IMG/VR virus record: IMGVR_UViG_3300021255_000114
Span: 295,942-359,941 of that record
Strand: one strand, 5' to 3'
Origin: a virus
Taxonomy: Duplodnaviria; Heunggongvirae; Uroviricota; Caudoviricetes
Length of the DNA stretch: 64,000 nt
This document shows, in pieces, positions 17,021 through 25,570 of this stretch; within the stretch, counting starts at the first letter, position 1; every line of letters starts with the position of its first letter. The notes under the pieces were generated by a model, which did no database searches, was not told the origin of the DNA, and saw nothing but the letters and a program-made list of their open reading frames with translations. The position numbers and the translations under genes were made by a program.

Positions 17021-17036
17021 TGTTTCACGTGAAACA
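17021..17036. other. parS: parS centromere-like site, perfect TGTTTCACGTGAAACA (copy 3)
   Basis: Exact canonical parS, 7 nt after the last early gene and adjacent to the skew-switch region. Confidence 0.85.
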
Positions 17037-17039
17037 TAG

Positions 17040-17340
17040 GGGCGTACAACCCCTACCCGACCCCCTCCCTACGTAAGGGGTGGCTACGTATCCCCTCGCA
17101 TACCCCCTGCCTTCATTCGTTGTCATATATGGGGACGGTTCCGTCGGCGACGTTCAAAAAAAAAATAAAAAATTTCCGGAAGTAACTTTTCACCGGCGAC
17201 GTCTGTAAAAAAAATAATTTTTACCATTGATATTTATAAAAAAATCCGGAGGGGGTAGGGTGTTTTAGGCATACCCCATTGAAAAAAAAAATCCGGAAAA
17301 TTATTTTTCCGGTATGTTTTTATGTAGGATAGTTATTATA
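17040..17340. other. Non-coding repeat-rich segment at a GC-skew inversion: candidate replication origin or genome end
   Basis: A-tract-TCCGGA at 17175, 17245 and 17292; CGGCGACGT at 17145 and 17194; GCATACCCC twice; IR CCGGAAAA-TTAT-TTTTCCGG at 17293-17312; C/G runs. The + strand is C>=G to the left and G>>C to the right. Confidence 0.55.
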
Positions 17341-17355
17341 AAAAGGTATTAATTC

Positions 17356-18009
17356 ATGAAGCAAATAATAAAGCTGGAGGAATCTGATTTGAGGGACCTT
17401 ATACGTGAGGTCATAATGGAGAATTTTGGATGGCATGCTGGGGATTTAGGGAAAAGTGAACCGTTTAGTGTAATGTCATATGGTGGGCGTGGAACCGGTC
17501 ATTTTGGTACGGGTACTTATTTCTGTTCTTCGGAAGACAAGTTGCAAGGTGACGGGTATAGAGGGCGTCCCAAGCATAAAGTGAGTTTTGACGGGTATAA
17601 TTTAGTTCGGATAAACGACGGTGAGTTAGGGATGATGTTCCATTCTGCATTGAAGTACATAAATAATGATGCGTTCAGGATGATGGTTGAGAATGGGGAT
17701 GTGGACAAGGAGATGTTATTGAAGAAATGCCATATTATTGCTTCGGTGTTGTTTGGTTCGAAGGTGGATAATATGCGTGATATTATATTATATCGTGAAA
17801 AGGTATATGATAGGGCAATTGAGTTATTGAAGGATTATGCGAAATATTACAACAGTGAGTTTAGGGGTAGTTCTGACCGGAACAGCATATCGACCGAATT
17901 GCTGAAATCATTCGGGTTTGAGGGTGTTGATGTGAGAGGGAATCCTGATATGGACAATACGACATATGGCAGCGTGATATATAATTTGAGGGAAGGGCGT
18001 CTTGTGTAG
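17356..18009 (+). CDS. ADP-ribosyltransferase-fold (ART-PolyVal-like) protein with N-terminal 'KLEESDLRDLIRE' tag
   Basis: WHAG...GTGHFGTGTYFCSS...GFEGVDV pattern typical of ART-fold domains; no clear catalytic Glu. Confidence 0.55.
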   Translation: MKQIIKLEESDLRDLIREVIMENFGWHAGDLGKSEPFSVMSYGGRGTGHFGTGTYFCSSEDKLQGDGYRGRPKHKVSFDGYNLVRINDGELGMMFHSALKYINNDAFRMMVENGDVDKEMLLKKCHIIASVLFGSKVDNMRDIILYREKVYDRAIELLKDYAKYYNSEFRGSSDRNSISTELLKSFGFEGVDVRGNPDMDNTTYGSVIYNLREGRLV

Positions 18010-18046
18010 GTTTATATTTATATATTATATAATAATAAAATAGAGG

Positions 18047-19795
18047 ATGAGGACAATAGTATTAACTGAGGAGCAGATAAAGGCATACACTGAGGCGATG
18101 GATGTATTGTGTGAGTATGGTGCTGTGTGGGGCAACACCGGTGATGGTGTGTCCTTGTCAATTGATGCTGATCCTAATATAAACAAGAACACGAACAGGA
18201 AATTGGGTGTAGACACGAGGGTTTTCGGTGATAAAAATGATATTTTGTATGGTAAAAATTCAGCTCATGAGAAAAATCTAATTGAGTTCAAGAAGACGAG
18301 TACCGCTCAGGTTGACACATATCGTAGGTTGATTGATTGGGTAAAAGGTGGCAGGAAAGGTGTATTCAAACCGAATCCTAACATTGGGAAAGCCACACTA
18401 ACGGCTTTAAACAAAGCAATTAATACCTTGAATGATGAAGAGTTATTGGCTTATTGTGAAAAAACATTGGAGCGTACATCTATGGACAACGATATATATG
18501 CGAATAAAGTCGAGCGTGCTTCGAAGGGTGATGGGAGGATGTTCAGGTATAATGTGTTGAATGTTCCCGGAACCAATGTTAAATGTATTACGTTGTTTAG
18601 TATGAAAGATTTTAATTTTTCTGATGCGTTGAAGCATGGAAAACTGAGGGCGAATAGTAAGACTGATGATATTACCGGTGATAATTCGGTTGGTCAAAAG
18701 AGATTAGACAAGATAAATGTTACATATGATAATGGTGTTGTGCCTGACATAGCGCAAAATTTTTCTTTGTCCGGAGTCAAGGACGGCCATTTTAAGCAAC
18801 AGTATCCTGATGGCGGTTATACTTCAGTTAACCAATTTTTGGATAAATCGGTTGTATATGGTGCTAATGTATTAAAGGAAGTGGGATATCATCCGGATTA
18901 TATTGTTTCCGCCCCAAGTTCATCGAGATTTAATGAATATTTTTGTGTTAATTTATCTAATAAAATAGGGTGTGAATATGTGAAAGATTTTTTTGAAAGG
19001 AATGTTATCAATGTTAAACTGAAGGATGGGAGTGATATATCGGTTTTAAAAAGCAAAGGGTTATCTGATTCCGATATAAGGCAATTGGAGGGTGCCGTTA
19101 AGAACATGGCGTTTAATGAAATCAACTATCTTGTATGCAAACCGATTCAAGATTTTGTGAAGAGGAACGAACGTTATTTTTTAACCATTCCTAGCAAGGA
19201 GGGTGCAGTCCCCAAGAGGGGTAGGATGGCGGACAAGTTATCCATTGATCAAATTATAAAGGTCCTTTGCAGGATATCGTATGGGACGGCGTTGCAGGAA
19301 TTGGGCAAGGATGAATACATACAATACATAACAAAGGTTATTACATATAAGAGTGAGTCTGGCAGGATAAGCAAGAAAGATGTGGATGAGATGTGGAAAA
19401 ACATTATGAATTTTTCCGGTATGGGGAAAGAAAGTGGGAGGTTATATAAGGAATATCTTCAGGCGCATTATCGATTTACAGATACGTTGAAAATGTATAT
19501 AAACAAATTAGGTGAAGGTTTTGTGCCTGATTACAAGGAGAAATATTTCAAAATTACGTCAATTGACAAAAGGCTGCGTAATTACCTTCAGGGCTTATAT
19601 GTTATTGCTGACCGTAATATGACCAACGGTGTATTGCAGGGTAGGTTCAGGAAAGGTAAATTCCTAATATACGACGAGGATGTTAATTCCGGGGCAACAC
19701 TTAGATTAGTGGTTGATGCGCTTAATGAAAAACTGCCGGATGGTGAGCATCAGATATTGTGTATGGCCAATGCATATTCAAATAGTGGCAGATAA
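18047..19795 (+). CDS. Large protein with C-terminal type I phosphoribosyltransferase (PRTase) domain and N-terminal 'VLTEEQI' tag
   Basis: FLIYDEDVNSGATLRLVVDAL matches the PRPP-binding loop; PDYIVSAPSSS matches the PRTase N-terminal strand-loop. Confidence 0.65.
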   Translation: MRTIVLTEEQIKAYTEAMDVLCEYGAVWGNTGDGVSLSIDADPNINKNTNRKLGVDTRVFGDKNDILYGKNSAHEKNLIEFKKTSTAQVDTYRRLIDWVKGGRKGVFKPNPNIGKATLTALNKAINTLNDEELLAYCEKTLERTSMDNDIYANKVERASKGDGRMFRYNVLNVPGTNVKCITLFSMKDFNFSDALKHGKLRANSKTDDITGDNSVGQKRLDKINVTYDNGVVPDIAQNFSLSGVKDGHFKQQYPDGGYTSVNQFLDKSVVYGANVLKEVGYHPDYIVSAPSSSRFNEYFCVNLSNKIGCEYVKDFFERNVINVKLKDGSDISVLKSKGLSDSDIRQLEGAVKNMAFNEINYLVCKPIQDFVKRNERYFLTIPSKEGAVPKRGRMADKLSIDQIIKVLCRISYGTALQELGKDEYIQYITKVITYKSESGRISKKDVDEMWKNIMNFSGMGKESGRLYKEYLQAHYRFTDTLKMYINKLGEGFVPDYKEKYFKITSIDKRLRNYLQGLYVIADRNMTNGVLQGRFRKGKFLIYDEDVNSGATLRLVVDALNEKLPDGEHQILCMANAYSNSGR

Positions 19796-19803
19796 AAACG
19801 GAA

Positions 19804-19830
19804 AAAGCGGGTTTTAATAGCCCGCTTCTT
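19804..19830. terminator. Bidirectional terminator between convergent genes
   Basis: AAGCGGG-TTTTAATAG-CCCGCTT with T tails on both strands. Confidence 0.75.
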
Positions 19831-20866
19831 TTATTGTCATTGTTTTCCTTTGGTTTTTTATTTCTTCCACAATCCCTTCTCCGACTTTACATTCTGTTAA
19901 TTCATATTCGCATTTCCAATCATCTGAATTGATGTTTTCAATTCCGTGGTATGCGTCTGTGAATGGTTCGCCGTCTGCGTCTATTGAGATGTAAGGGATG
20001 AAGTATTCGAGTGGTTTGTTGTATAGTTCTTCTGCCTCGTGTTTGTCTGTGGTGAATTTAAGAAAGTAGTATGATTTATCGAGACCATGGTCGGTCCATA
20101 ATTTATTTAATTTGAATAGGTAAAATTTTTCTCCGTAATGGATTTTGAGTTGTGCGTCGTTGAAGTCATATCTGTCATCCTCCATTTCGCACCATACGAA
20201 ATTTTCTGAATCGTCGTATCCGATGTAGTAGTTGGATTCAATGGCGTTCATATGATAGGCGTCGAAGATACGGAGTATTTCTTTATTGAGTCTGTAAATG
20301 GAATTTTCTTTTTTCCGTTGTTTATATTCCTCGGTTGTAAGTTGGTAATATGATTTTACCGGAGCAAAGAGTGGTTTTTCATTGTCATCATATCTGTCAG
20401 ATAGATTTGTTTCATCGTCGGTTTCGTCAATGAGGATAGTGTAGTCCATACATCGTTGGAGGTGGAACCTGTATGGGTTTGTATAGGTTCTGAATAGGTA
20501 GATGAAATCGTCTTCTCTGACATATTCGGAGTACTCACCGTCGGCGCACGGAAATAATTTATAACCTTCAACTTCCGTTTCTTTTTTTATGTATTGTATA
20601 TTATCTCTATAAAATATTGGGCAAGCCATTACCACCTGTGTTACATCCGGAAATATTTCTTTAATCAATTCAAAGGTTTTGAAATGATAATCGTTTATAT
20701 TGACGAGGAAACCCGGGAAATCGTCGTCATAAGCATCGTTTTGGTATCCGGTATATAGTCGGACATGGTTTCCCATGTTGAATTCTCCATTAGCATTGTT
20801 GTATGAGAGTGTAATGATTGGTTCATTACCCGGAAGTATTGTTTCAAAGTATTTCTTTGTAATCAT
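19814..20866 (-). CDS. Hypothetical protein
   Basis: 350-aa ORF, no motif recognised. Confidence 0.8.
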   Translation of the reverse strand: MITKKYFETILPGNEPIITLSYNNANGEFNMGNHVRLYTGYQNDAYDDDFPGFLVNINDYHFKTFELIKEIFPDVTQVVMACPIFYRDNIQYIKKETEVEGYKLFPCADGEYSEYVREDDFIYLFRTYTNPYRFHLQRCMDYTILIDETDDETNLSDRYDDNEKPLFAPVKSYYQLTTEEYKQRKKENSIYRLNKEILRIFDAYHMNAIESNYYIGYDDSENFVWCEMEDDRYDFNDAQLKIHYGEKFYLFKLNKLWTDHGLDKSYYFLKFTTDKHEAEELYNKPLEYFIPYISIDADGEPFTDAYHGIENINSDDWKCEYELTECKVGEGIVEEIKNQRKTMTIKEAGY

Positions 20867-21665
20867 ATTTTTTGAATCTGTCTTTGGATATTTGTACGTA
20901 TTCAGGTACTATTTCTATTCCGATGAAATTCCTGTTGTTTGACATTGCGGCCTTTCCTGTGGTTCCACTTCCCATAAACGGGTCGAATACCATATCTCCT
21001 TCATTCGACCATGATAGTACGTGGTCTATAGCGAGTTTTTCTGGCATTTTGGCGGGATGCTTGTTTTTGTCTTTTTCGACGGCAGTGGCGTATTTCCAAA
21101 TATTGTTGCGTTTGGAGAATTCGGGTACGGGGTTAATGAAATCCTTTTTGGCGTTCACCATTCCATCCTCGTTGTATGAATTGAGTTTGCCCCAATTGGT
21201 GTGGCCGGCCCATTTGTTTGGTTTGTCACAAAGGAGGTGAATGTCCTTGCGTATTTTGCCTTTGGTCAGGATGAAGCAGTATTCGTACACATCCGAGTAT
21301 CTTAGTGAGGTTTTTGACTGTGGGAAGGATGAACTGTTTTTCTCGTATATGATGTTGTCATAGAAATTAAATCCTATTTCCTGGAAATAGAGGGCCTGTC
21401 TGAAAGAGGTTAATGTTTTGTTTCCGTTTTTTGTCTGGTCAGACACGACCCATACGACGATTCCTTCATCTTCTGTTATTTGATATAGAAGGTCGGCCAC
21501 TCGTTTGAATTTGTCAAAATTCCAAACAAGAGTGTTTTGGTACGATCTCAAATTGTCGTAGGGCGGGCTTGTAACCGTCAGGTTTACCTTTACGCCTTCT
21601 TCGGCGAGTTTCCGCATGCCTTCGATGCAGTCGCCTTCAATTATTCTATATTTTCCTTGTTTCAT
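20844..21665 (-). CDS. DNA methyltransferase, N4-cytosine/N6-adenine family (beta class)
   Basis: TSPPY motif IV at the N-terminus; HPAKMP; VFDPFMGSGTTG motif I at the C-terminus. Confidence 0.92.
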   Translation of the reverse strand: MKQGKYRIIEGDCIEGMRKLAEEGVKVNLTVTSPPYDNLRSYQNTLVWNFDKFKRVADLLYQITEDEGIVVWVVSDQTKNGNKTLTSFRQALYFQEIGFNFYDNIIYEKNSSSFPQSKTSLRYSDVYEYCFILTKGKIRKDIHLLCDKPNKWAGHTNWGKLNSYNEDGMVNAKKDFINPVPEFSKRNNIWKYATAVEKDKNKHPAKMPEKLAIDHVLSWSNEGDMVFDPFMGSGTTGKAAMSNNRNFIGIEIVPEYVQISKDRFKKYDYKEIL

Positions 21666-21739
21666 TATAGAAATGCAATATTTTGTTTTTATTTTGGGTA
21701 CGGCTATGGAGATATTTATGGGTATAAGTTATTTCACTC

Positions 21740-22045
21740 ATGGGTCACGTAGTCCAATACAGTTTGACAACAACCAATCTTCACATTGTCGATTCATATC
21801 AGATACCGGGCAGAGATTTTCGTGAAGTGTTGAAAGATATACGTATAGAGAATCCCGGCTCGTTTTTGTTCAAGGCAAGGGGCATTTGTGGAATGTGTCT
21901 TGAATGGTCGACGCACAATTTCCTATACAAAATAGGGTATCAGAGAGAGCGTACGCAAGATGTGGACATTGACTATCCACAGAAATGGTATTACAAGGTA
22001 GGATATGCCATTGTGGGAATGTTGGTTTGGCCGTTTATCCGTTAG
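21740..22045 (+). CDS. Small hypothetical protein with hydrophobic C-terminus
   Basis: 101-aa ORF; TATTTAT motif at 21713. Confidence 0.65.
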   Translation: MGHVVQYSLTTTNLHIVDSYQIPGRDFREVLKDIRIENPGSFLFKARGICGMCLEWSTHNFLYKIGYQRERTQDVDIDYPQKWYYKVGYAIVGMLVWPFIR

Positions 22046-22283
22046 ACTCGAACGATCGGGAGCCTGTCACCTTCCATTTCCCTTCGACGACGTCACTGAG
22101 CGTTTCGATTTTAACTTTCCATATGCTTGGTGTGATAATTTCATTGACTTCACGGATGAAGTAATCGGAAGCATACACGTCTTTGTTGCCGTTTTGTGCA
22201 TACGTTTTGACGAGGATTGTGTATGCCGGGTTTGTGTATGCGATTTCCAGGACAGTGCCCACTATTTCTTCTTTATTCAACAT
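22035..22283 (-). CDS. Hypothetical protein
   Basis: 82-aa ORF overlapping the sigma gene stop. Confidence 0.7.
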   Translation of the reverse strand: MLNKEEIVGTVLEIAYTNPAYTILVKTYAQNGNKDVYASDYFIREVNEIITPSIWKVKIETLSDVVEGKWKVTGSRSFESNG

Positions 22284-23175
22284 CTGGTTTTTGGAGTTTT
22301 GATTGTCTTACTATTAATTTTTCGCCGTTTACATATGATATCATACGCCTAATGACCTTTCTTCTGACATACGAGACTTGTTTTTCGGTTATATTGTGTT
22401 TTTGGCTGATTTCATAGTCGGACAATTGTGGTTCGTCGAACAGTCCGTATCCGTGTATAATCACGTCACGTTCAATTTGGTTTTGGCACATCTTGTCGAC
22501 GAGCTTTGTGGCGGCTGTTAGGAGTTCTTGCTTGTGGAAAGCAGGCAAGGCGTCGTTTTCAACACACGTCAATTTCTCTATCAGGGAATCGCCGTCAAAG
22601 TCCTCGGGAGTTATGTCGTCGTCAAAATAAACGGTGGATTGTTTCAAATAAGAGCCGCTCCGTTTGAAGTCTCTCTCGAATTCGTCCTTGGCGAGCTCGC
22701 GTAACAGATGGTCAGGCATGTCAAACCCGTTTTCCTTTCTGAAGTTTTCCTTTGTGTTTTTGATGAATTGCTCAACATCCTTACTCATTCTATGCCTTAT
22801 GAGGCTGTTAGTTTTGAAATATTCCGACATATAGCCCTTAATCCACCACGCCGCATATGAAATGAACTTTATTCCATAGGATGGGTTGTAGTTTTTTACG
22901 GCGCGTAGCAGTGCGAGGTTTCCCTCGGAGATAAGGTCGAGTATTTCATTGGCGTCTCTTGAATATGCACGGGCTGCCGACAAGAGGAAACGTTGGTTGG
23001 ATTTGATAATTGTGTTGAGGGCTTCGCTGTCCCCATTCTGCGCCTTTTGAATTATCTGTTCCTCCTCGCTTGCGGACAATATCTTATAGCCACGGATACT
23101 TCGTATCCATGCTTCCAACGACTCGTTTCTGTATGTTGTGTCTGTTCTGTTTAAATTGATAGTATAGTTACTCAT
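22273..23175 (-). CDS. Phage-encoded sigma-70 family factor, Bacteroidetes primary-sigma (sigma-ABfr)-like
   Basis: Region 1.2 (SLEAWIRSI..YKILSASEE), region 2 (SNQRFLLSAARAY...DLISEGNLALLRAVKNYNPSYGIKFISYAAWWIK) and a C-terminal HTH. An early-type cassette at ~23186-23200 implies the start is the second Met. Confidence 0.9.
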   Translation of the reverse strand: MSNYTINLNRTDTTYRNESLEAWIRSIRGYKILSASEEEQIIQKAQNGDSEALNTIIKSNQRFLLSAARAYSRDANEILDLISEGNLALLRAVKNYNPSYGIKFISYAAWWIKGYMSEYFKTNSLIRHRMSKDVEQFIKNTKENFRKENGFDMPDHLLRELAKDEFERDFKRSGSYLKQSTVYFDDDITPEDFDGDSLIEKLTCVENDALPAFHKQELLTAATKLVDKMCQNQIERDVIIHGYGLFDEPQLSDYEISQKHNITEKQVSYVRRKVIRRMISYVNGEKLIVRQSKLQKPDVE

Positions 23176-23286
23176 GTCTTTTTTCAACATGCCAAAGATA
23201 ATAACTACTCACATAAAAAAGTAAACTGGATTTGTAATTTATGTTAAACCCATTATCGGAGCGGTTTTGTATAATATCTTTGGCAT

Positions 23287-23667
23287 TTAGCCTTCATCAT
23301 CGTTAGCATATTCGTACTCGAAACAATATTTGAGGATTTCTCTGAATGCGATATCGTCGCTCCCCGACAATTCCCAAGGGCGTAGACCGACTGATACCAC
23401 ATCAGGCTCTTCCGCGTTTGTTATGAATGCGAGGACGTAGCAACTTTCCGGATTTTTAAAACAGCCGGAATGTACTCGACAGTATGGATTATCTGGGTAA
23501 TGGTAATAGTCCATACCTTCCACTTTAATGTAATCCTTTTCATGACCATAGTATGGATTAGGGTAGTAGAATAGGATTTCGTAGGCATATCTATCATCAC
23601 CATTCATTGGTGAGGCGGCTACATTTCCGATTCTTTTCTTTTTTTTCAATTCTCTGTCGTGATACAT
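23287..23667 (-). CDS. Hypothetical protein
   Basis: 126-aa ORF. Confidence 0.75.
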   Translation of the reverse strand: MYHDRELKKKKRIGNVAASPMNGDDRYAYEILFYYPNPYYGHEKDYIKVEGMDYYHYPDNPYCRVHSGCFKNPESCYVLAFITNAEEPDVVSVGLRPWELSGSDDIAFREILKYCFEYEYANDDEG

Positions 23668-23671
23668 GCTT

Positions 23672-23956
23672 TTATTCTTTTTTATTGCCTTTTATTATTT
23701 CTATCGGTACGAAAACATCGTAGCCATCGTCATCCTCGTAATGGTTTATTGTTTCCATGTAGCTCGTTCCGAACTTGTGTCGTGTATATATGAATGCATC
23801 GACATCCCAAATTGCTTCATCTGTGTTCCTACAATTTCCTTGGTAGGTTATTCCGTTTTTCAGCTCAGACTTGGGGATTGGTCTACATTGTTCATATGGT
23901 ACATTGTGAATTGACGCAAATATCCTTATGTTTTTCTCTAGTTCGTTTTGTTCCAT
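23672..23956 (-). CDS. Hypothetical phage protein
   Basis: 94-aa ORF in the operon. Confidence 0.75.
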   Translation of the reverse strand: MEQNELEKNIRIFASIHNVPYEQCRPIPKSELKNGITYQGNCRNTDEAIWDVDAFIYTRHKFGTSYMETINHYEDDDGYDVFVPIEIIKGNKKE

Positions 23957-24738
23957 CTTTCTTTTAATTTTGTATTAAAACTCTCTATCATCTTAAGCAT
24001 ACGTTCATCGCATCTATACAAACGCAAAATAAAATTGTCTGGTATTTTATATCCGTTTGCCTCTGCAATTGCTCCGGCCATACAAGCCATTGTATCGGCA
24101 TCTCCTCCCATTGTAATGGCGTTTCGAATTGTCTGTTCATAAGAATCAGCCTCGAGGAAGCATAATACAGATTCAGGGACAGACTTTTGGCAGGATACCT
24201 CGAATTTATATGATGGGCGGATATCGTCAAGTTTGCGCTCCATATCGTATCCGAGATCAATACAGAATTGTTTGATTTCATCTTTGCTTTTTCCATTCCT
24301 TGCCATCCATATACAACCTGCAATACATTTTGCGCCTTTAATACCTTCAGGGTGATTATGGGTGGGTTCTGCACTTTTTTCTGCGTATTTAAGTGTTTCC
24401 TCAATTGTGTCGAACCACCAGCCAACAGGCGATACACGCATCCCTGAACCGTTTCCAAATGAGCCATATTGACCCATTTCAGGATTATAAAGCCATTTCT
24501 TGAATGTCGGGCCATATCCTACTGGATAGTTCACACCCCAATCGCGCATCGCTTCAATCAAATCCCGTCCGTTGGCAAGCCAATCCATATTGGCCACGGT
24601 CATAACGGAATCGTCAGTTGGTTTTTCTACAATTTTACAGTATATGAAGTTCTTTTCCTTGGTTGGACGGAATTCAAATGGTTTTCCTATGATGTCGCCT
24701 ATTATTCCACCAATGCACTTAAAATTTTTAATATCCAT
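23938..24738 (-). CDS. ADP-ribosylglycohydrolase (DraG/ARH family)
   Basis: GDIIG, TDDSVMT, SFGNGSGMRVSP, THNHPEG and GGDADTMACMAGAIAEA motifs. Confidence 0.92.
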   Translation of the reverse strand: MDIKNFKCIGGIIGDIIGKPFEFRPTKEKNFIYCKIVEKPTDDSVMTVANMDWLANGRDLIEAMRDWGVNYPVGYGPTFKKWLYNPEMGQYGSFGNGSGMRVSPVGWWFDTIEETLKYAEKSAEPTHNHPEGIKGAKCIAGCIWMARNGKSKDEIKQFCIDLGYDMERKLDDIRPSYKFEVSCQKSVPESVLCFLEADSYEQTIRNAITMGGDADTMACMAGAIAEANGYKIPDNFILRLYRCDERMLKMIESFNTKLKERWNKTN

Positions 24739-24845
24739 AATATGATTTTTTTCTTTAGTGCAAATATACTATTAAAAAACCAAAAAGTGCAAAACAAAAT
24801 GCACTCATTTTCTGTGAGTGCATTAGATGATGAAATATATTTTGA

Positions 24846-25469
24846 TTAAAGGTTCAAATCCTTCTCATCGAGAAGCGTATATGTAAATGTGTTACCATAT
24901 AATGTGCGCTGTTTTTCGCACAGTTCCATGAATTCCTTGAAATCTTTTGGTGATGCGAACACCTGGCAACCTGCGGAGAAATCGTTAATATTGGTTGTTG
25001 TGGTGTATGGGTTTGAGCGATGGATATTGATACCGAACAATCCGGTATCGATTGTTTTTGGTTCAAGATTGTAAACCATATCCTTATTTCCGTCCCTGTA
25101 TACTGAAACAGGTTTGCGTTGGCAAAGCGCATTGTATTTTCCGTTATGTTTTGCTATCATCCAAGTGGCGCGATATTGGTTCGGTACAAGAATGGCAGTT
25201 CCTTTTGGATTGCCCAGTTTGTTTTTCATATAATATAAACCGGGCTCTGTTGTAATGCTGTATATTTTTTTGTGGAGTACACCGTCCACATAATACAGAA
25301 CAAGGAGGAAATCATCAAATTTGTTAGTCACCTTATTTCCTTGGTCAGAGCGTATGCCGATCAGGTTTAGATTGTAGTTGCCTTTTTTGAAATAGGCGTA
25401 GCCCTTACGAGCCATAATTTCCTCAATTGATTTTTCAATGAGTTCGTTGGTTAAAATTTCTTTGTCCAT
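24846..25469 (-). CDS. Putative peptidoglycan-active enzyme (L,D-transpeptidase/YkuD-like), candidate lysin
   Basis: GINIH-x10-SAGCQV resembles the His...S/G-x-G-C catalytic signature of L,D-transpeptidases. Confidence 0.55.
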   Translation of the reverse strand: MDKEILTNELIEKSIEEIMARKGYAYFKKGNYNLNLIGIRSDQGNKVTNKFDDFLLVLYYVDGVLHKKIYSITTEPGLYYMKNKLGNPKGTAILVPNQYRATWMIAKHNGKYNALCQRKPVSVYRDGNKDMVYNLEPKTIDTGLFGINIHRSNPYTTTTNINDFSAGCQVFASPKDFKEFMELCEKQRTLYGNTFTYTLLDEKDLNL

Positions 25470-25570
25470 ATTGTTTTATGTTTTTAACAATAATTATTAT
25501 TCCGGTAACGCTTGCAAAAGCATAAAATTGTTATCTTAGTCTTGTTGCGAAAAACAACGGATGCGGAACT

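Noticed and set aside
18047-19795. NARP1 Adps (ADPR-PP synthetase) assignment
   Set aside because: It lacks a recognisable PRPP-synthetase two-domain layout and has no adjacent Nampt-family gene; only a generic PRTase loop is supported
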